DNA of 64,000 nucleotides from NCBI GenBank assembly GCA_938014245.1, contig CALLSD010000060.1, positions 44,863-108,862 of the forward strand, given 5' to 3'. The notes below the pieces were generated by a model, which saw only the letters and a list, made by a program, of their open reading frames with translations, did no database searches and had not been told where the DNA came from. The position numbers were made by a program, and so were the translations under genes. This stretch comes from an uncultured Actinomyces sp. (GTDB lineage: Bacteria > Actinomycetota > Actinomycetes > Actinomycetales > Actinomycetaceae). This document shows positions 30,357 through 40,309 of this stretch, one piece after another (positions within the stretch are counted from its first letter, which is position 1; every line of letters begins with the position of its first letter).

Positions 30357-31487
30357 TTAGATGGTCTTATTCAGGGGAGCGACACCCAGGGGACGCCCGG
30401 CGAGGCCTCGCGAGGCGTGAGAGAGAGTGCGGGCAAGTTCCTGAAGAACTTGAGCGGCCTCTCCTTCGTGCACGGAAACAGGGTCTCCTGCGTCTCCACC
30501 CTCGCGCAGAGCAATATCCAAAGGAACTTGGGCGAGGAGTGGAACATCGTAGCCAAGCTGAGCGCTCAGGCGATCTGAGACAGATTGCCCGCCGCCGCTT
30601 CCGAAAATCTCAAGCTTCGAGCCATCCTCCTGAGGCAGGTAGGACATGTTCTCGATGACGCCGATGACCTTCTGGTTGGTCTGCGACGCGATCGAACCTG
30701 CACGCTCAGCGACTTCGGCTGCAGCGACCTGCGGTGTTGTGACGACAAGAATTTCAGCATTGGGGAGGAGCTGAGAAATTGAGATTGCAACGTCTCCGGT
30801 TCCGGGAGGCATATCGATGAGCAGAACGTCCAGATCTCCCCAGAAAACATCTGCCAAGAACTGCTGAAGTGCACGGTGGAGCATCGGGCCGCGCCAAATC
30901 ACGGGCTGACCGTCGGGAACGAACATGCCAATGGAGACGACTTTGACGCCCTGGGCGCCAAGCGGGGGAATGATCATTCCGTCGATCACCTGGGGATCGT
31001 GGGCGACACCCAGCATGCGGGGAATCGAGAAGCCGTAAATGTCCGCGTCCATGACGCCGACCTTCAGGCCCGAACGAGCCAGTGCGGCTGCAAGATTCGC
31101 CGTCATTGAAGATTTGCCGACACCGCCCTTACCGGAGGTCACAGCAATGACACGTGTCAGGGAATCGGGGCGTGCGAAGAGAATTTCGCGCTCGGGGCGT
31201 CCACCGTTGAGCTTTTCGCGCAGGGCCTTCTTCTGCTCGTCATTCATGACATCCATGGTCACCTTGACATCGGTGACGCCATCGAGTGCGCGAAGGACCT
31301 TGTGAACGTCCTCGGAAATTGTGTTTCGCAGCGGACATCCTGCAGTCGTCAGAAGGATTGTTACCGAGACGGTAGAGCCATCGATCACGACCTCATCAAC
31401 CATATTGAGATCGGTGATCGGACGACGAATTTCCGGATCGATAACGGCCGACAGGGCATCAAGAACGTTCTGCGAAGTCAAAGTCAT
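30357..31487 (-). CDS. mrp: Mrp/NBP35 Fe-S carrier ATPase
   Basis: DPEI..GCP, SGKGGVGKS, DADIYG, WRGPM, DMPPGTGD, ENMS. Confidence 0.93.
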   Translation of the reverse strand: MTLTSQNVLDALSAVIDPEIRRPITDLNMVDEVVIDGSTVSVTILLTTAGCPLRNTISEDVHKVLRALDGVTDVKVTMDVMNDEQKKALREKLNGGRPEREILFARPDSLTRVIAVTSGKGGVGKSSMTANLAAALARSGLKVGVMDADIYGFSIPRMLGVAHDPQVIDGMIIPPLGAQGVKVVSIGMFVPDGQPVIWRGPMLHRALQQFLADVFWGDLDVLLIDMPPGTGDVAISISQLLPNAEILVVTTPQVAAAEVAERAGSIASQTNQKVIGVIENMSYLPQEDGSKLEIFGSGGGQSVSDRLSAQLGYDVPLLAQVPLDIALREGGDAGDPVSVHEGEAAQVLQELARTLSHASRGLAGRPLGVAPLNKTI

Positions 31488-31529
31488 GGTGTCAATCCTA
31501 TGACCCTAGCCGCTCTTGTGCGCAGCGGT

Positions 31530-32084
31530 TTAGCTCTCAGTGGTGCGAGGAGTTGAAAGATCTGCGGGATTGTCGTTGTCGATCGGCTCTGCTTTTTCTT
31601 CGCGAGCATCGAGTTCCTCGCGAAGGTCAGCCATCATGTCGCGCAGTTCCGATCGAACGAAGTCTCGGGTTGCCACGTCTTGAAGAGCAATACGCAAAGC
31701 TGCAATTTCGCGGGTTAAATACTCGGTGTCAGCGAGGTTGCGTTCAGCGCGCTGACGGTCTTGTTCTGCTTGCACGCGGTCGCGGTCATCTTGACGATTC
31801 TGTGCAAGAAGAATGAGAGGTGCAGAGTAGGACGCCTGCGTGGAGAAAGCCAGGTTGAGCAGGATGAAGGGGTAGGGGTCCCAGGCGTACTTCTCTGAAA
31901 CCTTGTACAGAATGACGTTTGCAGCGATCCATGTCACGACGAAGATCGTCATGTACAAGATGAACTTCGGCGAACCCATAAAACGGGCCGTGGCCTCGGC
32001 GAACTGGCCGAAACCATCACCGGAGGAACGGCGACGGAAAAGCTTAAACTTTCGCTCGCTTGGGGTATCAAGACGATCAGCCAT
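31530..32084 (-). CDS. DUF1003 membrane protein
   Basis: DPYPFILLNLAFSTQASYSAPLILLAQNRQ. Confidence 0.9.
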   Translation of the reverse strand: MADRLDTPSERKFKLFRRRSSGDGFGQFAEATARFMGSPKFILYMTIFVVTWIAANVILYKVSEKYAWDPYPFILLNLAFSTQASYSAPLILLAQNRQDDRDRVQAEQDRQRAERNLADTEYLTREIAALRIALQDVATRDFVRSELRDMMADLREELDAREEKAEPIDNDNPADLSTPRTTES

Positions 32085-33381
32085 CAATACTCCTTGCCAT
32101 TACTCGGTCGGTGACATCGTCATCCCAGTCGCGCCAGTCGCGGGGGAGAAGCTCATCCAAGACGTCGTCAACAGACACGGCGCCCAAGAGGTGCCCATCT
32201 TCGTCAACAACGGGAAGAACGGTCAGATTGTACGTTGCGAGCAGACGCGTCACGGTCGCAACGTGCGCATTCGGAGAGAGCTTGTCCAAATCCGTATCCA
32301 TGATGGTTCCCAAGAGAGTATTGGGAGGTTCGCGAAGAGCGCGTTGGAAATGGACAGCACCAAGATATTGCCCGGTTGGGGTCTCTAAGGGAGGGCGCGC
32401 AATGAAGGTTGCTGCAGCCAAAGAAACAGGGAGGTCAGATCGTCGAATCGAGGCCAGCATTTGAGCCACGGTCGCGTCGGGTCCGAGAATCACCGGTTCG
32501 GTTGTCATCAGCGAACCCGCCGTTGATTCCTTGTACGCCATCAATCGGCGAACGTCCGCGGCCTCATCCGGTTCCATCAAGGACAGAAGGGATTGAGCCG
32601 TTTCAACCGGGAGCTCGGCGACAAGGTCGGCTGCGTCGTCAGGCTGCATGACGTCCAAAACATCGGCGGCTCGACTTGCTTCCAACTGAGACAGGATCGA
32701 CACTCGGTCGTCATCGCCCAGTTCCTCAAGGACGTCGGCTAGACGTGAGTCGGGGAGTTCGGCGGCGACTGCCAGCTGGCGATCAGCGGGAAGATCGTGG
32801 ATGAAGTCCGCAAGGTCCGCGGGCTTCATGTCTTCGGTTTGCTGAATAAGCGCTGTTGCGGCCTGGTTTGAGTCGGTCTTGAGGAGCGAAGAAACTTCAT
32901 CCACTCCAACAGTCATGGTGGTTCCGCCGCGCTTGAAGCCCAAAGCGGTCGTGCGGATACGTTGGACGTGGAGGGTAGAGATGATCCAGTCACGAGGCCT
33001 GCGCTGCTGCATTGCGACATCAAGGATCTTGACAGTGCCGCTTCCGTCATTCATGGTCACTTCGCGGTCGAAGAGCTCTGTAATCACCAGGGTTTCGACG
33101 GGGCGCTGGGTGAAGGAACGAATATTGAGCAAGCCGGTGGTGATCACCGAGCCTGCTTCGATTGCAGTGACTCGCGTAAAGGGAAGGAATACGCGCTTTC
33201 GGGGGCCGACCTCGACAACGAAGCCAATGACATTCGCGGTTGAGTGCAATCGGAAAGTCACCACGACGTCATGAATGACTCCCACTTTTTCGCCCAGGGG
33301 GTCAAAGACGCTCGTTCCGGCAAGTTTGCCGATAAAGATACGACGTCCTGCTGTTCCGACGTTTAAAGGTGCACTGCTCAC
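32077..33381 (-). CDS. MgtE N-terminal/CBS-domain protein (PRC-barrel + MgtE_N + CBS)
   Basis: PADLAD, LADVLEEL, MQPDDAADL, TAGSLMT, LPVVD..SVDDVLD. Confidence 0.88.
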   Translation of the reverse strand: MSSAPLNVGTAGRRIFIGKLAGTSVFDPLGEKVGVIHDVVVTFRLHSTANVIGFVVEVGPRKRVFLPFTRVTAIEAGSVITTGLLNIRSFTQRPVETLVITELFDREVTMNDGSGTVKILDVAMQQRRPRDWIISTLHVQRIRTTALGFKRGGTTMTVGVDEVSSLLKTDSNQAATALIQQTEDMKPADLADFIHDLPADRQLAVAAELPDSRLADVLEELGDDDRVSILSQLEASRAADVLDVMQPDDAADLVAELPVETAQSLLSLMEPDEAADVRRLMAYKESTAGSLMTTEPVILGPDATVAQMLASIRRSDLPVSLAAATFIARPPLETPTGQYLGAVHFQRALREPPNTLLGTIMDTDLDKLSPNAHVATVTRLLATYNLTVLPVVDEDGHLLGAVSVDDVLDELLPRDWRDWDDDVTDRVMARSIDG

Positions 33382-33468
33382 TGGGCCAGTTTATCCCCAC
33401 AGCGAACTTCTTACCCGCTCATCCATCTTGAGTTCTCGCTACGATGGCAGCACGAGGAAAGGGAAAAC

Positions 33469-34188
33469 ATGAGCGTACCTGTCAATGGAGTTGTACGGAG
33501 AAACGGTGGCGGACGGCTACCCGATGGCACGGAGGTTGCCTCCTACGGCTCATATGAAGAGGCCCTTGCTGCGCTTGAGGTTCTTGCCAGCAACGATTTC
33601 GAGGTTGAACAGGTCAGCGTCGTTGGAACCGACTTGTATTCGGTAGAACGAATCATGGGACGCGTCACCTGGGCGCGTGCAGTCTCTTCCGCAGTGATGA
33701 ATGGTGCACTCTGGGGTGCAATGATCGGCATTGTGCTTTCAATCAACCAGGGAAACACCATGGTGTGGGTGGGGGCGTGCATGCTTGCCGGTGCCTTCAT
33801 GACCGCGTGCCTGAGCACTTCCCTTTTCTTCATGCGCAGGCGCCGACGCGATTTTTACTCTCAATCCCAAGTGGTTGCTGGGCGTTACGCAGTCATCATC
33901 GCTAAGGCTGCGGGTGCGGATCGCATTCGTGAGGCCTTTGAGCTATTGCAAAAGACTCAAGGCAATCAGATGCGTCCGCGTCGGGCGCGCGCGACCCTTG
34001 AAAGCAGCGGTCCTACAGAGTATGGATCGCGCCCAGATGAACAGCCGCGCTTTGGGGTGCGTCTTTCTCAAGCTGTGGATGCTCCGCAGGAGCAGGCACA
34101 GCCCACGGCCTCGTCAGACCACAGCAAAGCAGAGGGTGCTCCCTCAGATTCCTCTGAAGAAGCACCCCGGCCGGATTCTCAGGACTGA
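33469..34188 (+). CDS. General stress protein 17M-like membrane protein
   Basis: VASYGSYEEA..L..VSVVG.DL..VER, two TMs, RRDFYS. Confidence 0.75.
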   Translation: MSVPVNGVVRRNGGGRLPDGTEVASYGSYEEALAALEVLASNDFEVEQVSVVGTDLYSVERIMGRVTWARAVSSAVMNGALWGAMIGIVLSINQGNTMVWVGACMLAGAFMTACLSTSLFFMRRRRRDFYSQSQVVAGRYAVIIAKAAGADRIREAFELLQKTQGNQMRPRRARATLESSGPTEYGSRPDEQPRFGVRLSQAVDAPQEQAQPTASSDHSKAEGAPSDSSEEAPRPDSQD

Positions 34189-34191
34189 AAG

Positions 34192-35724
34192 CTAGGCGCG
34201 CTGCTGTGCCTGGCGAATCCACTCCTCAACATCGGCAATCTTTCGAGGAATATCCTCTGACATCCGGGTGACACTTCCATCGGCGTTGACCAGAACATCG
34301 TCTTCAATGCGCACGCCGATTCCGCGGAATTCCTCGGGGATGGCCATGTCGTCGGCGCGGAAGTACAGGCCGGGCTCAATCGTGAAGCACATTCCCGGCT
34401 GCAAGAACGCATCCTGGTACATTTCGCGGCGTGCCTGAGCGCAGTCGTGAACGTCCAGCCCCAGGTGGTGGCTGGTGCCGTGGGGCATCCAACGACGGTG
34501 CTGTTGGCCTTCGGGGGAGAGTGATTCTTCGGCGCTCACAGGCAGAAGTCCCCACTCCTCAAGGCGTGCGGCGATGACCTTCATTGCGGCATCGTGAACA
34601 TCGCGGAAGCGTGTTCCCGGCTGGTTCGCGCGTTCGAGTGCGGCCTCGCAGGCATCCAAAACCGCCTGATAGACCTTCGCCTGAGTGGGGGAGAATCTTC
34701 CATTGACGGGGAGCGTACGGGTGATATCTGCGGTGTACAGAGAATCGACCTCGACGCCAGCATCGACCAGAACCAGGTCGCCTTCATTCACGGGACCATC
34801 GTTATCGATCCAGTGGAGCGTATTCGCGTGGTTTCCCGAGGCCGCAATGGTGTCGTAGCCCAGACCGTTGCCTTCTTCGCGTGCGACCGCCCCGAAAGCG
34901 CCTTCGATTACGCGCTCGCCGCGATGGTGTCCCACGGCGCGGGGGAGGGCCCGCAAGATGTCTTCAAAACCGGCCTTCGTGATCTCGATTGCGCGACGAA
35001 GTTCAGAGATTTCAAACTCATCCTTGCACAGACGAATCTCGGAGAGGCGTTCCTCAAGCGCATCATCGCTTTCAGTGGCATCTCCACCGAAGGGGAGGCC
35101 TGCCTGGAGGCGTACTTCGTTGACCATCGCTTCGACGGCCTCGTCAACGTTACGGACCACGCGAAGACGAACGCTTCCCGCATCCTTAGCCAGCGCATCA
35201 CGAAGGGTGTCGATGTGCTCGCAGCGCAGACCGGTTTCGGTTGCGACTTCCTCAAGCGAGGGGCGTGCGCCCACCCAGAACTCGCCGTAGCGCGAATCAG
35301 AGTAGAACTCCTGTGAGGAACGCGAAGTGCGGGGCTTAAAGAAAAGCACTGCTTCGTGGCCGCCGGAGGGGAGGGGTTCCAAAACGATCACGGAATCGGG
35401 TTCACGTTCTTGGCCTAGACCTGACAGGTGCGCGAAAGCAGAGTACGCGCGGAAACGATAGGTGCAGTCGTTCGAGCGGACCTTGTAGGTGCCCGCGGGG
35501 ATGACGAGGCGTTCGCCGGGGAAAGGCTCTCCCGCTGCTACAGCGCGCGCGGGAAGATAGTCGGCGACGGGTGCTCGCGTGATCCCTGCGTCGGGACGGG
35601 GACCCCAGTTTGAGCCCATGAACTCGCGGAAAGCGTCCGATGACGGACGGCGTGAACGGTTGTTCACGCGCTCGGCCAAGGTGTCGGCCGATTCTTGGTT
35701 AGAAGTGGTATCACTCGTATTCAT
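34192..35724 (-). CDS. pepP: Xaa-Pro aminopeptidase (M24B)
   Basis: LHW, VDAGVE, YTADITRT, HGTSHHLGLDVHD, TIEPGLY, RIEDD. Confidence 0.92.
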   Translation of the reverse strand: MNTSDTTSNQESADTLAERVNNRSRRPSSDAFREFMGSNWGPRPDAGITRAPVADYLPARAVAAGEPFPGERLVIPAGTYKVRSNDCTYRFRAYSAFAHLSGLGQEREPDSVIVLEPLPSGGHEAVLFFKPRTSRSSQEFYSDSRYGEFWVGARPSLEEVATETGLRCEHIDTLRDALAKDAGSVRLRVVRNVDEAVEAMVNEVRLQAGLPFGGDATESDDALEERLSEIRLCKDEFEISELRRAIEITKAGFEDILRALPRAVGHHRGERVIEGAFGAVAREEGNGLGYDTIAASGNHANTLHWIDNDGPVNEGDLVLVDAGVEVDSLYTADITRTLPVNGRFSPTQAKVYQAVLDACEAALERANQPGTRFRDVHDAAMKVIAARLEEWGLLPVSAEESLSPEGQQHRRWMPHGTSHHLGLDVHDCAQARREMYQDAFLQPGMCFTIEPGLYFRADDMAIPEEFRGIGVRIEDDVLVNADGSVTRMSEDIPRKIADVEEWIRQAQQRA

Positions 35725-35781
35725 GGTGTCATGGTCTCACTTTCACAGCGGGACGTGCTAGGGGGACCGTATCCTAAAAGC

Positions 35782-36627
35782 ATGAGCAGGATCGATCTTC
35801 ACACGCATAGTGCATATTCGGATGGAACCGATAGCCCGGAAGAACTGATGCACAAGGCCCGCGAGGCGGGATTGGACGTTGTCGGTCTGACCGATCACGA
35901 TACCTACGCGGGCTGGGACGAGGCCGCCGCTTGCGTTGAGTCCACTGGGGTTGCGTTGGTTCGAGGCGTCGAATTGTCGTGTGCGCGCGAGGGAATCACC
36001 GTCCACCTCTTGGGCTACCTTCCCGATCCTACGAACGAGGCCTTGCTTGCCGTCCAGCGCCGCGCCACTGAGTCGCGCCTGACACGCGCGCAAAGAATGG
36101 TCGAGAGAGTTTCGAAAGACTACCCGATCACCTGGGAACAAGTTCAGGCTTTGGCGCCGGATGGGGGGCCGGTTGGACGTCCACACATTGCTGATGCCCT
36201 TGTCGCCATCGGTGCTTTCCCCGATCGCAGTGCAGTTTTTGTCAAGGCCCTGCATCCTTCCAGCCCCTATTTCGTCATGCATTGGGCTCCCGATCCGGTT
36301 GACGCGGTTGAACTGGTGCGCGCTGCTGGAGGTGTTCCGGTTTTGGCTCATCCTCGAGCCCGGGCACGCCAGCGACTCTTGCCCGAAGAAGTCATTGACA
36401 TGATGAAAGAAACGGGCCTGTTCGGTATTGAACGTGATCACCGAGATCACGGGGATGAGGACCGTGCAGATGTCGATAGAATTGCCCATCGTTTGAAGCT
36501 GGAAGTCTTCGGCTCATCTGACTACCATGGGCGAGGCAAACCGAATCGGCTAGGAGAAAACCTTACGGATCAGTCGGTTCTGAACAAACTCGAAGAGGAA
36601 GCATTTTTAGAGGTCTTGCGCCCATGA
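35782..36627 (+). CDS. PHP-domain phosphoesterase (TrpH/RNase AM-like)
   Basis: DLHTHS..SDG, LTDHDT, GVELS, HLLGY, GRPH, LAHP, GSSDYHG. Confidence 0.9.
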   Translation: MSRIDLHTHSAYSDGTDSPEELMHKAREAGLDVVGLTDHDTYAGWDEAAACVESTGVALVRGVELSCAREGITVHLLGYLPDPTNEALLAVQRRATESRLTRAQRMVERVSKDYPITWEQVQALAPDGGPVGRPHIADALVAIGAFPDRSAVFVKALHPSSPYFVMHWAPDPVDAVELVRAAGGVPVLAHPRARARQRLLPEEVIDMMKETGLFGIERDHRDHGDEDRADVDRIAHRLKLEVFGSSDYHGRGKPNRLGENLTDQSVLNKLEEEAFLEVLRP

Positions 36628-37262
36628 ATATTGGCTCTGTTGTGGACGTTACGGTACTGCTGACGACTTTTGCGACCCTGATTGTCATTTTGGACCCGAT
36701 GGGCTTGATGCCCGTGTTCTTGGCATTGACGTCAAAGTTCTCCCCTAAAGCGCAGCGTAAGGCAGCTATCCAGGCATCCCTGGTGTCTTTCGGCGTGATT
36801 TTAGCTTTTGCTTTCTTGGGGCAGCAGATTCTTCGAGCCCTGCAGATCTCGATGGAGTCCTTGAAACTCTCCGGAGGTGTGCTCCTCTTCTTGGTCGCAA
36901 TGGAACTGTTGACCTCGAGCGATATGGACCAGCCGGACACTGGCGATGACGCTGTGAACGTGGCTCTTGTTCCCCTGGGCATTCCTCTGCTTGCTGGCCC
37001 CGGTGCGATCGTCGCCGTCATGGTGTCCATGGCTCAGGCACATACGACGGGATCCATTGTTGCTGTGGTTCTGGCAGTGGTTGCCACCCACGTCGTCATC
37101 TGGGCATCGATGCGCTTCTCCCTTGAGCTTTCTCGTCTTCTGAGAACCGGTGGAATCCTCTTGTTGACCAAGATCTCCGGTGTGCTTCTTGCCGCAATCG
37201 CAACCGAACTGGTTATGGGTGGAGTCTTCGACTTCATTAAGAATGCTGGGATTGTCAAGTAG
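36624..37262 (+). CDS. MarC family membrane protein
   Basis: ILDPMG..PVF, VPLGIPLLAGPGAI; about 6 TMs. Confidence 0.9.
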   Translation: MNIGSVVDVTVLLTTFATLIVILDPMGLMPVFLALTSKFSPKAQRKAAIQASLVSFGVILAFAFLGQQILRALQISMESLKLSGGVLLFLVAMELLTSSDMDQPDTGDDAVNVALVPLGIPLLAGPGAIVAVMVSMAQAHTTGSIVAVVLAVVATHVVIWASMRFSLELSRLLRTGGILLLTKISGVLLAAIATELVMGGVFDFIKNAGIVK

Positions 37263-37372
37263 GGGCGGTTGACACTCACCAGAGGACTTTAATCTCGCTA
37301 CCACGCGAAAGCCTGCAGTAGGCTTAACTCAGTGCTACCGGTAGTGCTGAGTCAATCGCAAGGAGAGATTTT

Positions 37373-39739
37373 ATGAGCCGGTCCCTAGAGGAACAGCTAA
37401 AGTCGCAGGTTCGAGCGGTCTCTGGACGCCCTGAACGCGTCTCAACCGAGATGGAAGCATGGCAGGGGCTATCTGCGGCGATCATCGATCGCATCGCTGA
37501 CCGCTGGCATGCAACAGAGCGCACCTACGCAGTGGGGCGCATGGAACACTACTTTTCAGCAGAATTCCTGATGGGGCGGGCGCTCTTAAATAATCTTTCC
37601 AACCTTGGAATGGTTGACGAGGCCCGCGAGGCCTTGGCAGCGCTGGGCAAGGACCTATCCGTGGTCTTGGAAGAAGAGCCCGATGCTGCGCTGGGTAACG
37701 GTGGCCTTGGTCGACTGGCTGCGTGTTTCCTGGATTCGTGCGCAACCTTGGATCTGCCGGTTGCTGGCTACGGTATTTTGTACCGCTACGGTCTGTTCAA
37801 GCAGCTTTTCGATAATGGCTTCCAGACTGAGCATCCCGATCCCTGGATGGAAGAGGGTTACCCCTTCGTCATTCGCCGCGAGGAAGAACAGCGCATTGTT
37901 CGCTACGCGGATCTGACTGTCCGCGCCGTTCCTTATGACATGCCGATTACCGGCTACGGCACGAAGAACGTCAATACGCTGCGCCTGTGGAAGGCTGAGC
38001 CCATGGAGGACTTCGACTACGATGCCTTCAACTCTCAGCGCTTTACCGACGCGATCGTTGATCGCGAACGCACCATGGATATTTCCCGCGTGCTGTACCC
38101 CAACGATACGACCTTCGAAGGTAAGGTTCTGCGCGTGCGCCAGCAGTACTTCTTCTGCTCGGCTTCTCTGCAGGCAATCGTTGATAACTACGTCGCAGAA
38201 CACGGCGATGATCTGCGCGGCTTTGCGCAGTTCAATGCCGTTCAGCTCAATGACACGCACCCGGTTTTGGCTATCCCGGAACTCATGCGCATCCTGATGG
38301 ATGAGCATGGCCTCGGCTGGGAAGAAGCATGGGAAGTTGTCTCACATACTTTCGCGTACACGAACCACACGGTCTTGGCTGAGGCTTTGGAGACCTGGGA
38401 CATCCACATCTTTGATCGTCTCTTCCCCCGTATTTCTGAAATCGTTCGAGAGATCGATCGTCGTTTCCGCCTGGACATGTCCGAGCGCGGCGTTGATGGT
38501 GCAACCATCGACTACATGGCTCCCGTCTCGGGTAACACTGTCCGTATGGCGTGGATTGCCTGCTACGCCTCGTACTCGATCAACGGCGTGGCTGCACTGC
38601 ACACTGAAATTATCAAGCGTGAGACGCTCAAAGAGTGGTATGCGATTTGGCCCGAGCGCTTTAATAACAAGACCAATGGCGTGACTCCGCGTCGTTGGCT
38701 CAAACAGTGCAACCCGCGTTTGGCGGCCCTCCTTGACGAGGTGACCGGATCGGATCGCTGGGTGACCGATCTTGATGAGCTTGCGAAGTTCACAGATGCC
38801 GGAAATTCTGATCTGTATGCGCGTTTGTCTCAGATCAAGCATGCGAACAAGGTTGATTTTGCCGCGTGGGTGAAGGCTCGCGAGGGTGTCGAGATTGATC
38901 CCGATGCGATCTTCGATGTTCAGATCAAGCGTCTACACGAGTACAAGCGTCAGCTGCTTAACGCGTTCTACGTCTTGGATCTGTACTTCCGCATCAAGGA
39001 CAATCCTGCTCTGGATGTTCCCAAGCGCGTATTCGTTTTCGGCGCGAAGGCTGCCCCCGGCTACATTCGCGCGAAGGCGATTATCAAGCTGATTAACACC
39101 ATTGCTGACCTGGTCAATAACGATCCGGACATCAATGGCCGCATCAAGGTCGTTTTCGTTCACAACTACAATGTCTCGCCCGCCGAGCACATCATTCCTG
39201 CTGCGGATGTTTCCGAGCAGATCTCGATGGCCGGAAAGGAAGCCTCGGGCACGTCCAACATGAAGTTCATGATGAACGGTGCGCTGACCTTGGGAACCTT
39301 GGATGGTGCGAACGTTGAGATTCTCGAGGCCGTGGGGGAGGAGAACGCGTACATCTTCGGTGCAACCGATGATGAGCTTCCCGAGCTTCGTCGCCACTAC
39401 GATCCTCGCTGGCACTACGAGAATGTGCCTGGCTTGAAGCGCGTGATCGATGCTTTGACCGATGGAACGTTGAATGATTCCAACTCTGGTTGGTTCCATG
39501 ATCTGCGTTGGTCGCTTCTGGAATCGGGATATGAGCCAGCTGACGTCTACTACGTCTTGGGTGACTTCGCTTCCTACCGTGAGACGAAGGATCGTATGGC
39601 GCAGGATTACCGCGACCAAGAGGCTTGGGCACGTAGGGCTTGGGTCAATATCACGCGTTCCGGTCGTTTCTCCTCTGACCGAACCATCAGCGATTACGCT
39701 CGCGAGGTCTGGCACATCAGCGCCGAGCCGATTGCGTGA
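37373..39739 (+). CDS. glgP: Glycogen/maltodextrin phosphorylase
   Basis: LGNGGLGRLAACF, NDTHP, YTNHT, KTNG, IKRLHEYKRQ, EASGTSNMK. Confidence 0.95.
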   Translation: MSRSLEEQLKSQVRAVSGRPERVSTEMEAWQGLSAAIIDRIADRWHATERTYAVGRMEHYFSAEFLMGRALLNNLSNLGMVDEAREALAALGKDLSVVLEEEPDAALGNGGLGRLAACFLDSCATLDLPVAGYGILYRYGLFKQLFDNGFQTEHPDPWMEEGYPFVIRREEEQRIVRYADLTVRAVPYDMPITGYGTKNVNTLRLWKAEPMEDFDYDAFNSQRFTDAIVDRERTMDISRVLYPNDTTFEGKVLRVRQQYFFCSASLQAIVDNYVAEHGDDLRGFAQFNAVQLNDTHPVLAIPELMRILMDEHGLGWEEAWEVVSHTFAYTNHTVLAEALETWDIHIFDRLFPRISEIVREIDRRFRLDMSERGVDGATIDYMAPVSGNTVRMAWIACYASYSINGVAALHTEIIKRETLKEWYAIWPERFNNKTNGVTPRRWLKQCNPRLAALLDEVTGSDRWVTDLDELAKFTDAGNSDLYARLSQIKHANKVDFAAWVKAREGVEIDPDAIFDVQIKRLHEYKRQLLNAFYVLDLYFRIKDNPALDVPKRVFVFGAKAAPGYIRAKAIIKLINTIADLVNNDPDINGRIKVVFVHNYNVSPAEHIIPAADVSEQISMAGKEASGTSNMKFMMNGALTLGTLDGANVEILEAVGEENAYIFGATDDELPELRRHYDPRWHYENVPGLKRVIDALTDGTLNDSNSGWFHDLRWSLLESGYEPADVYYVLGDFASYRETKDRMAQDYRDQEAWARRAWVNITRSGRFSSDRTISDYAREVWHISAEPIA

Positions 39740-39788
39740 ATGCGTCATAGGCGGCCATTTAGAGGCTGAATGCACGGCTTAATGCCGT

Positions 39789-39823
39789 AACGCCCCGTTG
39801 GGATTTTCCCAACGGGGCGTTTG
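39789..39823 (+). terminator. Terminator after glgP
   Basis: AACGCCCCGTTGGG ... CCCAACGGGGCGTT. Confidence 0.75.
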
Positions 39824-39843
39824 CTGTCCTTCGTGTTCCGATC

Positions 39844-39906
39844 AAACTGTATTACTGTGTTGACACAGTTTCGATAGTGTGGCACTGTATTAGTGTATTA
39901 ATACAG
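39844..39906 (+). promoter_or_regulatory. Two putative YtrA operators
   Basis: CTGTATTA-N6-TAATACAG (39885-39906) and AAACTGT..ACAGTTT (39844-39871), the latter containing TTGACA. Confidence 0.7.
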
Positions 39907-39927
39907 ATAGACAGGAGGGATACATCG

Positions 39928-40293
39928 ATGCGCATCGATGACACCCGTCCAATCTGGATCCAATTAGCTGATTCGTTCCGCGCTCGTATTACCGACGGTA
40001 CGTGGAAACCTGGCGAAAAGATCCCCTCCGTGCGTGATCTCGCGATCGAGGCAGGCACCAATCCCAATACCGTTCAGCGAGCCCTGAGTGCACTTGATGA
40101 AGAAGGACTGACGGTCCCGAAACGGACCGCAGGACGCTTCGTCGCAACTGATGAACGCGCTCTGCATGCTCTACGGAAGAACGACGCGCATCTTGCGGCA
40201 GACGCCTACATTCGCGCATGTCGCTCACTGGGAATCGATCTGGAAGGTGCCCGGGCTCTGATCGATCAACGTTGGGATGCCACGGAGAAGTAG
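39928..40293 (+). CDS. GntR family regulator, YtrA subfamily
   Basis: PIWIQL, PGEKIPSVRDLA, NPNTVQRA; short C-terminal domain; AGGAGG RBS. Confidence 0.92.
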   Translation: MRIDDTRPIWIQLADSFRARITDGTWKPGEKIPSVRDLAIEAGTNPNTVQRALSALDEEGLTVPKRTAGRFVATDERALHALRKNDAHLAADAYIRACRSLGIDLEGARALIDQRWDATEK

Positions 40294-40309
40294 CCAAGGA
40301 GGCATACTC

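Noticed and set aside
37269..37295. TTGACA promoter for glgP
   Set aside because: The nearest TANNNT is only 15 bp away, so it cannot be called with confidence.
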